NCBI RefSeq assembly: GCF_900546575.1
Contig: NZ_URDM01000005.1
Source: an uncultured Prevotella sp.
Lineage (GTDB): Bacteria; Bacteroidota; Bacteroidia; Bacteroidales; Bacteroidaceae
Direction: 5' to 3' (one strand)
DNA: 64,000 nucleotides
Shown piece by piece: positions 1 to 9,861 of the stretch. The notes below the pieces were generated by a model that did not search any database, was not told where the DNA came from, and saw only the letters and a program-made list of their open reading frames with translations. Each line of letters begins with the position of its first letter. Within the stretch, counting starts at the first letter, position 1. Position numbers and translations under genes: made by a program.

Positions 1-2
1 GC

Positions 3-644
3 TTCTCGGGAGAGGTGAAAGTGACAGTAGAGTATTCGTTCACCGACGACAACGAGCTTGTAATTGAGTATATGGCAAAGACCAACAAGAAGACCGTGAT
101 TAACCTTACAAGCCATGGATTCTTCTCACTTGCTGGCATTGCCAACCCGACACCAGCCATTGACAATCTCGAGTGCGAGATCAATGCCGACTTCTATCTG
201 CCTATTGATGATACATCAATACCTACAGGTGAAATCCGTATGGTGAAGGGAACTCCGTTTGATTTCCGTTCACCGAAACCAGTAGGACAGGATATCGATG
301 CAGACGACGAGCAGATAAAGAACGGTGCAGGCTACGACCATTGCTTTGTACTTAACAAGGCAGAAGAAGGCGAGCTGAGCTTTGCTGCAAAAATCAAGGA
401 GCCAGTGAGTGGCCGAACAATGGAAGTTTATACAACCGAACCTGGAGTGCAGGTTTATACAGACAACTGGGCCGATGGATACAAGGGACAGAATGGAGCG
501 ACATTCCCGCGTCGCAGCGCTATCTGCTTCGAGGCACAGCATTTCCCCGACAGCCCAAATCGTCCTTACTTCCCGTCTGTAGTACTTAATCCTGGTGAGG
601 AGTACACACAGAAGACAATCTATAAGTTTGGAGTTTCTTTATAA
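3..644 (+). CDS. galM: Aldose 1-epimerase (galactose mutarotase), 5'-truncated by window edge
   Basis: Motifs INLTSHGFF, GTPFDFR, GYDHCFV, TTEPGVQVYT, ICFEAQHFPDSPN; frame is open to the window start; lies next to galK. Confidence 0.95.
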   Translation, partial: FSGEVKVTVEYSFTDDNELVIEYMAKTNKKTVINLTSHGFFSLAGIANPTPAIDNLECEINADFYLPIDDTSIPTGEIRMVKGTPFDFRSPKPVGQDIDADDEQIKNGAGYDHCFVLNKAEEGELSFAAKIKEPVSGRTMEVYTTEPGVQVYTDNWADGYKGQNGATFPRRSAICFEAQHFPDSPNRPYFPSVVLNPGEEYTQKTIYKFGVSL

Positions 645-691
645 CATTAATCTAAATAAATCGTAACATAACTAAAACAACAAACAAAACA

Positions 692-1993
692 ATGGAAAAT
701 TCCACAAAAAAACAAGGCAGTATTATTGCTATTTTTGCAATGATATTTCTCTTTGCAATGATTGCCTTTGTGACAAACCTCTGTTCGCCAATGGCTATCA
801 TATTGAAAAATGCTTTCCAGGTGCCTGAGAGCTTGGCACAGGTTGGCAACTATGGTAACTTTGGCGCTTACCTTCTTATGGGTGTACCTGCAGGTATGCT
901 TATCGACAAGATCGGTTACAAGAAGACAGCTCTTGCAGCTCTCGTAGTAGGTGTTATCGGTCTGCTTATCCAGTGGGTCAGCGGTTCAATGGGCTTTGTT
1001 GTTTACCTTATAGGTGCTTTCATCTCAGGTCTTTGCATGTGTATGCTTAATACAGTAGTAAACCCGATGCTTAACCTTCTCGGTGGTGGCGGTAGCACAG
1101 GTAACCAGCTTATCCAGATTGGTGGTGTATTCAACTCAGCTGCTGCTGTATGTGTATACATGCTTATGGGTAGCCTTATCGGCGACGCATCGAAGGCTAA
1201 GGTGGCAGATGCAGCTCCTGCACTTTTCATCGCTCTTGCCATCTTCATCTTTGCTCTTGTAGTAATCTTCTTCACCAAGATTCAGGAGCCTCAGCATGCA
1301 TCAAGTAATACTGTAAAGGATGTGAACGACAAGTACAGCTGCTATTCATTCCGTCACTTCAAGTTGGGTATGCTTGCTATTGCTGTATATGGTGCAGTAG
1401 AGGTTGGTCCTCCTACTTATATACTCGGATATCTTACTTCTGCTAAGGACGCTGTAAACCCAGGTATGGGTATGGATGCAGGTTATTGCGGTACTCTTGC
1501 TGCTGTTTACTTTATCTTTATGCTCATCGGCCGTTTCGTTGGTGGCGTAATTGGTGGTAAGGTATCGCCTAAGGCAATGATTGCAACTGTAAGCTTTGTA
1601 GCTATGGTTCTTGTTGCTGTGGGTATGGTTCTTCCTACATCTATGACAGTTAGATGTCCTGGTATTGACTATACAACTATGAGCTTTGTATGGGGTGAGG
1701 TTCCGGCAGGTATCTTCGCTTTCCTTCTCATCGGTTTGTGTGCTTCAGTAATGTGGGGTGGTATCTTCAACCTTGCAACAGAGGGTCTTGGCAAGTACAC
1801 AGCAAAGGCTTCTGGCGCATTCATGATGATGGTTGTAGGTTTTGCTGTAATGATCGGTATTCAGGCGAAGGTTGTTGACTTTACTCACAGCTATATCACC
1901 AGCTTCATCGTGGTATTGCTTAGTGCAGCATATATCTTCTATTTCGCACTTTGGGGCTCAAAGAACGTAAATACAGACATTCCTGTAGAATAA
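692..1993 (+). CDS. MFS sugar:H+ symporter, FucP/GluP family (probable galactose permease)
   Basis: About 12 hydrophobic segments; LIDKIGYKK and NTVVNP motifs; sits between galM and galK. Confidence 0.88.
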   Translation: MENSTKKQGSIIAIFAMIFLFAMIAFVTNLCSPMAIILKNAFQVPESLAQVGNYGNFGAYLLMGVPAGMLIDKIGYKKTALAALVVGVIGLLIQWVSGSMGFVVYLIGAFISGLCMCMLNTVVNPMLNLLGGGGSTGNQLIQIGGVFNSAAAVCVYMLMGSLIGDASKAKVADAAPALFIALAIFIFALVVIFFTKIQEPQHASSNTVKDVNDKYSCYSFRHFKLGMLAIAVYGAVEVGPPTYILGYLTSAKDAVNPGMGMDAGYCGTLAAVYFIFMLIGRFVGGVIGGKVSPKAMIATVSFVAMVLVAVGMVLPTSMTVRCPGIDYTTMSFVWGEVPAGIFAFLLIGLCASVMWGGIFNLATEGLGKYTAKASGAFMMMVVGFAVMIGIQAKVVDFTHSYITSFIVVLLSAAYIFYFALWGSKNVNTDIPVE

Positions 1994-1998
1994 AATAT

Positions 1999-2049
1999 AA
2001 AATGGGCTTGCATTTCAGGGCGTTCGTCTTGATGGCAGGCCCATTTTTT
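1999..2049 (+). terminator. Terminator-like hairpin inside the gal cluster
   Basis: AAAATGGGCTTGC...GCAGGCCCATTTTTT stem followed by a T-run. Confidence 0.6.
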
Positions 2050-2081
2050 AATCTAAATATTAACTAAAAACACTATTGATT

Positions 2082-3242
2082 ATGGATATTGAATTTGTAA
2101 GAAGCCGCTTTATCAAGCATTTTGACGGTAAGACAGGAAATATTTACCAGTCACCAGGTCGTATAAACCTCATTGGTGAGCACACCGACTATAATGGTGG
2201 TTTTGTATTTCCTGGTGCAGTAGATAAGGGTATCATGGCTGAGCTTCGTCCCAATGGTACTAATACAATTATGTGTTACTCTATCGACCTTAAGGACCGT
2301 GTAGAGTTTAAGGTTGATGATCCTCAAGGACCGCGTGCAAGCTGGGCTCGCTACATCTATGGTGTAGTGCAGGAAATGCGCAAGCTTGGTGTAGATGTAA
2401 AGGGGTTCAACACAGCATTTGCAGGTGATGTGCCTCTGGGTGCCGGTATGTCTTCATCGGCTGCTCTTGAGAGCTGCTTCGCATTTGCATTGAACGACTT
2501 GTTTGGTGATAATAAGGTGAGCAAGTGGGATATGGCTCTTGCAGGTCAGGCTACAGAGCACAATTATTGTGGTGTTAACTGCGGTATCATGGACCAGTTT
2601 GCAAGTGTATTCGGTAAAGAGGGCTGCCTTATGCGTCTCGACTGCAACAGCCGTGAGTTTGAATACTTCCCGTTCCGTCCGGTAGGCTATAAGCTCGTAT
2701 TGCTCAACTCTTGTGTTAAGCACGAACTTGCAGGTTCGCCTTATAACGACCGCCGCAACTCTTGCGAGAATGTTGTAAAGCACATTGCTGCAAAGCATCC
2801 TGAGGCTAAGTTCGATACTCTGCGTGACTGCACATGGGAACAGCTTGAGGAGGTTAAGGCTGAAGTAGGTGAGGAAGATTACAAGCGCGCCCACTTCGTA
2901 CTCGGCGAGAAGGACCGTGTACTTGCTGTCTGCGATGCACTCAACGCTGGCGACTATGAGACTGTAGGCAAGAAGATGTATGAGACTCATGAGGGTCTGA
3001 GCAAGGAGTATGAGGTTTCTTGTGAGGAACTCGACTTTCTCAACGACATTGCCAAGGAAAACGGTGTAACAGGTAGCCGTATCATGGGCGGTGGCTTCGG
3101 TGGCTGCACCATCAACCTCGTTAAGGAAGAACTTTACGATCAGTTCATTGCTGACGCCAAGGCTAAGTATTCTGCCAAGTATGGCAAGGAGCCTAAGGTG
3201 ATTGACGTTGTTATCAGCGACGGTTCACACAAGGTTTGCTAA
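2082..3242 (+). CDS. galK: Galactokinase
   Basis: PGRINLIGEHTDYN, PLGAGMSSSAA, GIMDQF, GSRIMGGGFGG; ATG at 2082 preferred over TTG at 2076. Confidence 0.97.
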   Translation: MDIEFVRSRFIKHFDGKTGNIYQSPGRINLIGEHTDYNGGFVFPGAVDKGIMAELRPNGTNTIMCYSIDLKDRVEFKVDDPQGPRASWARYIYGVVQEMRKLGVDVKGFNTAFAGDVPLGAGMSSSAALESCFAFALNDLFGDNKVSKWDMALAGQATEHNYCGVNCGIMDQFASVFGKEGCLMRLDCNSREFEYFPFRPVGYKLVLLNSCVKHELAGSPYNDRRNSCENVVKHIAAKHPEAKFDTLRDCTWEQLEEVKAEVGEEDYKRAHFVLGEKDRVLAVCDALNAGDYETVGKKMYETHEGLSKEYEVSCEELDFLNDIAKENGVTGSRIMGGGFGGCTINLVKEELYDQFIADAKAKYSAKYGKEPKVIDVVISDGSHKVC

Positions 3243-3285
3243 TCAGCCAAAGAGGTCGAGCGGCCTCAATGACTAAACCATATTT

Positions 3286-3324
3286 ATCCCTCTGTTTGCC
3301 TTATGGGCAAATAGGGGGATTTTT
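3286..3324 (+). terminator. Rho-independent terminator after galK
   Basis: ATCCCTCTGTTTGCC-TTATG-GGCAAATAGGGGGAT followed by TTTT. Confidence 0.75.
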
Positions 3325-3373
3325 ATATTGTTTGTTTTCAAATCTTTTATTTGCCAAATTCAATGATTTTCTG

Positions 3374-3381
3374 TAATTTTG
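3374..3381 (+). promoter_or_regulatory. Bacteroidota sigma-A -7 element for the tamB-like gene
   Basis: TAATTTTG matches TAnnTTTG, 40 nt upstream of the GTG start. Confidence 0.6.
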
Positions 3382-3420
3382 TAAATATATTTGACTAAGA
3401 ACAAACTATAGGATTTTCAC

Positions 3421-6400
3421 GTGTTCAAACGCATAATAAATATAACGATATGGACCTTGATAGGTCTTTACGCTTCTGTAATTGTCATGCTGCACATACC
3501 CTTTGTACAGACGTACATTGGAAACTGTGTAGCTGATGCCCTATGCGACAAATTCGGCACTCGTGTGAGTGTCGGCAGGGTAGACCTCGGTTTTATCAAC
3601 CGAATTATCATTGACGATTCCCAGATGCAAGACCAGCAAGGTAAGCAGATGCTGCGTGTATCGCGAATATCGGTGAAGATAAATCTCCTGGCACTTACCA
3701 AGGGACAGATTGACGTTACGTCAGCACAGTTCTTCGGTATGCATGCGAATCTATATAAGGCAACGGCAGAATCAAAGCCAAATTTCCAATTTGTAGTGGA
3801 TTCGCTTGCATCAAAGGACACTACCAAGCAGAAGACTCCGCTCGACTTGCAAATCAACTCGCTTATAATTCGCAATGGTGCTGTGCGCTATCGTGTGCTT
3901 TCGCATGCCAGCAATTTGCATAAGTTCTCGCCCGACAACATTGATGCCCGTAATATCAGCGCGCATATTATAGTAAACCGCATAACCGACGACTCGCTCA
4001 ATGTGAAGGTGAAGCGCATTGCGTTTGACGAACGATGCGGATTCAGATTGAAGTCGCTTTCGCTGCATGCCGTATATGGTCCTAATGAAGCAAGCGTAAA
4101 CAATTTCAGACTTGAGCTACCTTCTACAATCGTTCATTCTGAGAATATTACATGCTCATACAGCATGAAGAACGGCAAGATAGAGATGCCTACCGTGCAA
4201 TTTAAAGGTAGCATAAATGCTCCAATCATCAGTCTTACAGATTTCGCAGGCTTTGTGCCTAAACTTTCGGGTATTAAACAACGCATGATGCTGGCAGCTG
4301 ATTTCTATGGTACGGCCTCGTCGTTAAATGTGACACGATTGGAACTCGGTACAGACAATGGCGATTTGCATCTGTTGGCTGACGGTGGAATAAAGAACTA
4401 TCCTGCTGATGCTGCTTGGTATGCAAATGTAAACAGATTTGCTGCCAATCATGCTGCCATAGCTTCTATTGTGTCTGCCGCAACAGGTAAGGAAGTTCCT
4501 GCCATACTTACACGTATAGGCGATGTCAGTATGACAGGTTTTGTAGGAGGTGAAAGTAACAAGTTGGCTGCCAACGCTCGTGTCTCTACTTCGCTCGGCA
4601 GTATAAAGCTTGCTGTAGACAAGCGCAAGAATAATATTACGGGGCATATTGAAACTGTTGATTTTAATGTTGGCAAACTGGCTGATGACAACAAACTCGG
4701 TCATCTATCGGCCAATCTCAACTTACATGGACAGTCTGAAGACAATATGGCTGCTACCGGTCGTGTCTATAACTTTGACTATAACGGATATAAATATCAT
4801 GACATCAATATTGATGCTTCCTATCGTCACAAGGTAGTAAACGGAAGAATAGACATTGACGATCCTAATGCGCAAATATCGGCTTCAGGATTGCTGAACA
4901 TTGCAGGAAAGACTCCGTTGCTGAAGGCTAATGTGGCAGTAGCCCGTTTTGCTCCTAATGCGTTGCATCTCACACCGAAGTGGCAGTCGACGGCATTTGC
5001 TGCAAATATTGCCTGCGACATAAAGGGCAGCAGCGTTAATGATGCTGACGGAACAGTGGAGATAAGTGACTTCTCCATGCTTTCGTCGCAAAGTGAGTAT
5101 GGATTGCGAAATGTAACTGTAAAGACGGGATTTGAGGGTGATAATCACTATCTCAATCTTGACAGCGACTTTGGACAGGTGGACATTAACGGACACTTCA
5201 ATTACAACACTATTGCTCGCAGCGTGCTGAACATGGTGGCTGCAAAGTTGCCTACAATTCCCGGACTGACACGCCAGCCACAGAAGGAATATAATGATTT
5301 TACAATAAATGCTTCCATATCAAATACTGATTGGATGAAGCATCTGCTCGGCATTCCGCTTGAGATATATCGTCCGCTTAACATCAGCGGTGAGTTGAAC
5401 GACAAGCAAGAGAAGATTGACCTGTGGTGTGACGTGCCATCGTTTGCATACGACGGCCATCGTTTCAGCGATGCTTTTATTAACATCGAGTCGCCGAGTG
5501 ACACCCTAAAGGCGGATATACGTATTAAGAAACTTGCCGACAAAGGCAAATATATGGCTCTGCAACTTAGCGCAGGTGCTTCAGACAACCATCTGAATAC
5601 CTCGCTCAGTTTCGGCAACAACGAACGTCACCCGCTTAAGGGAATTATAAATGCCAGTACAGTATTCGCCAAGAACGACGATGGTGTGTCGACTGCTTAT
5701 GTCGACGTTCTGCCTTCGCGTGCCACTATTGGCGACACAACGTGGCATGTAGCTCCGTCTACTATAGTGTACAGCAAGAACCATTTGGAGGTGAACGGCT
5801 TCTCTATAAGCCATGACAATCAGAAACTTGCGATTGACGGGGCTGCGACGAAGAGCTATGAAGACTCGTTGCTTGTAACACTAAATGACATAGATGTGAG
5901 CTATGTTCTTAATCTTGTCAACTTTCATTCGGTCGACTTCTTCGGTATGGCTTCGGGTAATGCCCGTGTGGCAGGAGTGTTCAGCGGCAAACCTCAGTTG
6001 GCTGCCAACCTTAAGGTCAAAGAGTTTAAGTTTGAATCAGGACGTATGGGTACGCTGTTTGCCAATGTTGACTACGACTTTGACGAGGGGCGCATCAATA
6101 TAGACGCTGTGGCACAGGACGAAGACGGCCGTCATACAGACATAAACGGCTATGTATCGCCCAAGCACAACTACATCGACCTTGGCATTGACGCACATCG
6201 CACACGTGCTGAATTTATGGAAAGTTTCTGCGGCTCGTTTATGGACAACGTTGATGCCGACATAAATGGCAAGGTGAACGTTGTAGGACCTCTGAGTAAC
6301 ATCAACCTTGTAGGAAAGGCTGCTGTGAACGGTTCTATGCGTATGACAGCCCTCAATACCACGTATTGGCTACGTGGCGACTCTGTGACTTTCATTCCTG

Positions 6401-7815
6401 ATGAGATAATATTCAATGGCAATACAATATACGACCATAACGGCAACACCGGCATACTTACCGGAAGCCTTCACCATCAGCACCTTACCAACCTGTCGTA
6501 CGACCTTAATATAAAAGCGCGGAATCTTCTGGCTTATGATACTAAGACATTCGGCGACAATACCTTCTATGGTACAGCTTATATTACTGGCGACTGTAGC
6601 ATTAAGGGCAGGAGCGGTGAAGTGGTAATAGATGTAGAAGGCACGCCTGAGAAGAACAGTATATTGGTGTACAATGTTAGCGATCAAGGGTCTATCGGGT
6701 CTAATGATTTCGTCAAATGGAGTAAGAAGGGCTATGATGTTTCTGACTCCTCTTATGTGGCAAATGATGAGAAGAAGACGGAAACGGATGATATCTCTAC
6801 CAACATTCGTCTGAACTTCCTTATCAACTGCAATCCTGACGTAACCTTGAAGTTGCTGATGGACCAGCAGACCGGCGACTACATTACACTCAATGGTGAC
6901 GGAATGCTCAGAGCCTCGTATTTCAATAAGGGCGCATTCCAGATGTTTGGCAATTATACTGTCGACCATGGCGTGTATAAGCTGACAATTCAGAATATTC
7001 TGAAGAAAGACTTCGACTTTGTCAAGGGAGGCACCATAGCGTTTGGCGGTGATCCGTACAACGCTGTGCTCGACCTTAAGGCACAGTATGTGTTGAACAG
7101 CGTGAGCCTTGCCGACCTTAATATAGGCAGGTCGTTCACTAACAATAATGTTCGTGTCAACTGTGTGATGAACATAACGGGCAATCCATACGCACCTAAG
7201 GTGGACTTTGATCTTGACATGCCGTCGCTTAGCAATGATGTGAAGCAGATGGTGTATAGTCTGCTCAATGCTGAGGAGGAGAAGAAGCAACAGGTGTTGT
7301 ATCTGCTTGCCGTAGGACGCTTCTATGCTCAAAACAACAACAATGCTGACGGCAGTACGCCACAGTACAGCCAGACTTCGCTTGCAATGCAGAGTTTCCT
7401 TAGCGGTACTATAAGTCAGCAGATAAATACCGTATTGAGCAATGTGATTAATAACAACAACTGGAATTTCGGTGCCAATATTTCTACTGGAACTGAGGGC
7501 TTCAATAATGCTGAATACGAAGGATTGCTTTCGGGTCGTCTGCTTAACAACCGTCTGCTCATAAACGGTCAGTTCGGCTATCGTGACAACGATAATGCCA
7601 CAACCAGTTTCATTGGCGACTTCGACATCAAGTATCTGCTCTTCCCCAATGGCAACCTTGCCATTAATGTCTACAACAAGACAAATGACCGCTACTTCAC
7701 GCGCAACAGCCTTAATACTCAAGGCTTGGGTATAATAATGAAGAAGGACTTCAAGCGTATCTCTGACTTGTTCTTCTGGAGAAAGCGCAATAGTAGGACA
7801 AAGGAGGCGAAATAA
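3421..7815 (+). CDS. TamB/AsmA-like translocation and assembly module protein (DUF490-like C-terminus)
   Basis: 1464 aa; single N-terminal TM anchor; beta-rich body; C-terminal GGTIAFGGDP...LLNNRLLINGQFGY region typical of Bacteroidales TamB. Confidence 0.8.
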   Translation: MFKRIINITIWTLIGLYASVIVMLHIPFVQTYIGNCVADALCDKFGTRVSVGRVDLGFINRIIIDDSQMQDQQGKQMLRVSRISVKINLLALTKGQIDVTSAQFFGMHANLYKATAESKPNFQFVVDSLASKDTTKQKTPLDLQINSLIIRNGAVRYRVLSHASNLHKFSPDNIDARNISAHIIVNRITDDSLNVKVKRIAFDERCGFRLKSLSLHAVYGPNEASVNNFRLELPSTIVHSENITCSYSMKNGKIEMPTVQFKGSINAPIISLTDFAGFVPKLSGIKQRMMLAADFYGTASSLNVTRLELGTDNGDLHLLADGGIKNYPADAAWYANVNRFAANHAAIASIVSAATGKEVPAILTRIGDVSMTGFVGGESNKLAANARVSTSLGSIKLAVDKRKNNITGHIETVDFNVGKLADDNKLGHLSANLNLHGQSEDNMAATGRVYNFDYNGYKYHDINIDASYRHKVVNGRIDIDDPNAQISASGLLNIAGKTPLLKANVAVARFAPNALHLTPKWQSTAFAANIACDIKGSSVNDADGTVEISDFSMLSSQSEYGLRNVTVKTGFEGDNHYLNLDSDFGQVDINGHFNYNTIARSVLNMVAAKLPTIPGLTRQPQKEYNDFTINASISNTDWMKHLLGIPLEIYRPLNISGELNDKQEKIDLWCDVPSFAYDGHRFSDAFINIESPSDTLKADIRIKKLADKGKYMALQLSAGASDNHLNTSLSFGNNERHPLKGIINASTVFAKNDDGVSTAYVDVLPSRATIGDTTWHVAPSTIVYSKNHLEVNGFSISHDNQKLAIDGAATKSYEDSLLVTLNDIDVSYVLNLVNFHSVDFFGMASGNARVAGVFSGKPQLAANLKVKEFKFESGRMGTLFANVDYDFDEGRINIDAVAQDEDGRHTDINGYVSPKHNYIDLGIDAHRTRAEFMESFCGSFMDNVDADINGKVNVVGPLSNINLVGKAAVNGSMRMTALNTTYWLRGDSVTFIPDEIIFNGNTIYDHNGNTGILTGSLHHQHLTNLSYDLNIKARNLLAYDTKTFGDNTFYGTAYITGDCSIKGRSGEVVIDVEGTPEKNSILVYNVSDQGSIGSNDFVKWSKKGYDVSDSSYVANDEKKTETDDISTNIRLNFLINCNPDVTLKLLMDQQTGDYITLNGDGMLRASYFNKGAFQMFGNYTVDHGVYKLTIQNILKKDFDFVKGGTIAFGGDPYNAVLDLKAQYVLNSVSLADLNIGRSFTNNNVRVNCVMNITGNPYAPKVDFDLDMPSLSNDVKQMVYSLLNAEEEKKQQVLYLLAVGRFYAQNNNNADGSTPQYSQTSLAMQSFLSGTISQQINTVLSNVINNNNWNFGANISTGTEGFNNAEYEGLLSGRLLNNRLLINGQFGYRDNDNATTSFIGDFDIKYLLFPNGNLAINVYNKTNDRYFTRNSLNTQGLGIIMKKDFKRISDLFFWRKRNSRTKEAK

Positions 7816-7848
7816 CGATGTCAGGATAGTGATATAAAGATATGTTGC

Positions 7849-7932
7849 GTGTCTTGAAATGGTCGTATCATGCCATGATATGACCGTTTCATGCCTTGAA
7901 ATGATCGTATCATGGCATGATACGAAGGTTTT
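7849..7932. repeat. Tandem array of four imperfect 21-bp palindromic units
   Basis: GTGTCTTGAAATGGTCGTATC / ATGCCATGATATGACCGTTTC / ATGCCTTGAAATGATCGTATC / ATGGCATGATACGAAGGTTTT. Confidence 0.85.
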
Positions 7933-7953
7933 CGGCTTGCAGCTCATATACAA

Positions 7954-7994
7954 ACAATAAAGCCCTGGATGGTTTAAGTCCAGGGCTTTATTGT
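7954..7994. terminator. Bidirectional terminator between convergent tamB-like and rng
   Basis: 16-bp perfect inverted repeat ACAATAAAGCCCTGGA / TCCAGGGCTTTATTGT. Confidence 0.8.
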
Positions 7995-8017
7995 ATTCTG
8001 TAGTATTGATGATTGAA

Positions 8018-9592
8018 CTATTTTGTTTCAATCTCTTCCTTCATGTCAATAAACTGTCGCTTGCTGTCGTAGAATTCGTACTGCAGGAAAGCGAGCTTCT
8101 GTGAAGGAACAATGTGAATACCAAGACCATATCTCAGCTGCCATTTTCTCTTGAGCGACCATACTCCCTTGTTGATGTATGCCGCTACATAGGGATGAAC
8201 GTGCAGGTAGAATGTCTTGACTCCAATCTTCTTGACAAGTCTGTCAATCTTACTCTCAAGCTGATCTGTAAAGATAATGCTCGACTTGATTTTTCCCTTG
8301 CCGAAACATGTTGGGCAGACCTCTTCGACATTTACATCCATTGCCGGACGTACACGCTGGCGTGTAATCTGCATCAAGCCGAATTTGCTTAATGGCAGAA
8401 TGTTGTGGCGGGCCCTGTCCTTCTGCATGTTCTTGCACATGCGTTCGTAGAGAAGTTGACGGTCCTCAGCCAGGTTCATGTCGATAAAGTCAACAACGAT
8501 AATGCCTCCCATATCACGCAGTCGCAACTGTCTTGCCAATTCATCGGCAGCGCCAAGGTTCACATCAAGTGCGTTGGCTTCCTGTCCGTTGTCCGAGTGT
8601 GAGCGGTTGCCACTGTTGACATCTACTACGTGAAGGGCTTCTGTATGTTCTATAATCAGATAAGCGCCATGTTTATAATTTACTGTCTTACCAAAGCTTG
8701 ACTTGATCTGTTTGGTAACATTAAAATTGTCGAAGATAGGAACCGTGCCCGTGTATAATTTCACTATGTTGGCTTTCTCTGGGGCGATGAGTGACACATA
8801 GTGTTTTACTTCATGAAAGACATCCTCGTCATTGACGTATATGTTCTCGTATGTGGGGTTGAATAAGTCGCGTAGCATTGCTACGGCACGTCCGGTCTCT
8901 TCGAATATCAGTTGTGGGCGCTTCTGTGTTTTCTGCACTTTTACGAGTGCGTCTTCCCACCGTTTGGTGAGTATTTTCATTTCAGCGTCGAGTTCTGCCA
9001 CACGCTTTCCCTCAGCAACAGTGCGTACAATTACTCCGCAATTCTTTGGTTTTATGCTGTTGATGAGTTGTTTCAGTCGTGCGCGTTCTTCGCCGCTTTT
9101 GATTTTTGATGATACAGAAACCTTGTCGCCGAAAGGCATAAGTACGAGATAGCGTCCGGCAAAACTCAGTTCGCCAGTGAGTCGTGGTCCTTTGGTAGAA
9201 ATAGGTTCTTTGACTATTTGTACCAGTACCTCTTCGCCAACCTTCAATGTGTTTTGCACGCTTCCTTCTTTCTTAAGGTCGGGCTGGCGTGTGGCTTTGG
9301 CAAAAGGATAGAGTTTCTTGCGGTCGCTCTGTACTTGCTTGAGATATTTCTCGTAAGAGTTGAATTGATTGCCTAAATCAAGATAGTGGAGAAAAGCGTC
9401 ACGTTCGTAACCTACGTCTACGAAACTGGCATTCAGTCCGGGCATAAGTTTCTTCACTTTTGCAATGTAGATGTTGCCAACAGAGAAGGAGGCAGAGCGT
9501 GGTTCTGTCTGATATTCCACCAGTCGCTTGTCTTCAAGCAGGGCTATGGATATCTCTTTCTGTTGAACGTCAATTACAACTTCGCTAGTCAT
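8018..9592 (-). CDS. rng: Ribonuclease E/G family (Rne/Rng)
   Basis: S1 domain (GNIYIAKVKKLMPGLNASFVDVG), VVDVNSG, RQLRLRDMGGIIVVDFIDM, CPTCFGKG Zn-link. Confidence 0.95.
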   Translation of the reverse strand: MTSEVVIDVQQKEISIALLEDKRLVEYQTEPRSASFSVGNIYIAKVKKLMPGLNASFVDVGYERDAFLHYLDLGNQFNSYEKYLKQVQSDRKKLYPFAKATRQPDLKKEGSVQNTLKVGEEVLVQIVKEPISTKGPRLTGELSFAGRYLVLMPFGDKVSVSSKIKSGEERARLKQLINSIKPKNCGVIVRTVAEGKRVAELDAEMKILTKRWEDALVKVQKTQKRPQLIFEETGRAVAMLRDLFNPTYENIYVNDEDVFHEVKHYVSLIAPEKANIVKLYTGTVPIFDNFNVTKQIKSSFGKTVNYKHGAYLIIEHTEALHVVDVNSGNRSHSDNGQEANALDVNLGAADELARQLRLRDMGGIIVVDFIDMNLAEDRQLLYERMCKNMQKDRARHNILPLSKFGLMQITRQRVRPAMDVNVEEVCPTCFGKGKIKSSIIFTDQLESKIDRLVKKIGVKTFYLHVHPYVAAYINKGVWSLKRKWQLRYGLGIHIVPSQKLAFLQYEFYDSKRQFIDMKEEIETK

Positions 9593-9718
9593 TTCTCTTC
9601 TTATTATTTAGGTGACTTTACTTTAAAAGTTTGGGGGCGCGCCAAAGTCCACTGCGTATGCATTGTGATTGACGCGCCCCCATTGTTTTCGGAACTTACC
9701 CTTTATGGGCAGGCTTAC

Positions 9719-9808
9719 TTACTTGCTCTTATGTCTGTTCTTACGTAATCTCTTCTTACGCTTGTGAGTAGCCATCTTGTGTCCCTTTTTTTTCTTTCCG
9801 TTTGGCAT
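9719..9808 (-). CDS. Small basic ribosomal protein, bS22-like (AURKAIP1/COX24/mS38 family), 29 aa; not in the ORF track
   Basis: Manual translation MPNGKKKKGHKMATHKRKKRLRKNRHKSK*; A/T-rich initiation context; co-oriented between HU and rng. Confidence 0.85.
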   Translation of the reverse strand: MPNGKKKKGHKMATHKRKKRLRKNRHKSK

Positions 9809-9861
9809 AACTTAAATTTTTTTATTGTTAATATATTACTGAATAATGTTTTTCTTGTCTC

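Noticed and set aside
7801..7829. AAGGAGG followed by ATG TCA GGA TAG
   Set aside because: Three-codon ORF; the SD-like sequence is explained by the Lys-Glu-Ala codons of tamB
7849..7932. CRISPR array
   Set aside because: Units are contiguous with no unique spacers, and there are no cas genes
6370..8031. 553-aa minus-strand ORF with 7-aa repeats at its N-terminus
   Set aside because: Antisense shadow of the tamB-like gene; the repeats come from the 21-bp DNA array; it crosses a terminator and has no protein motifs
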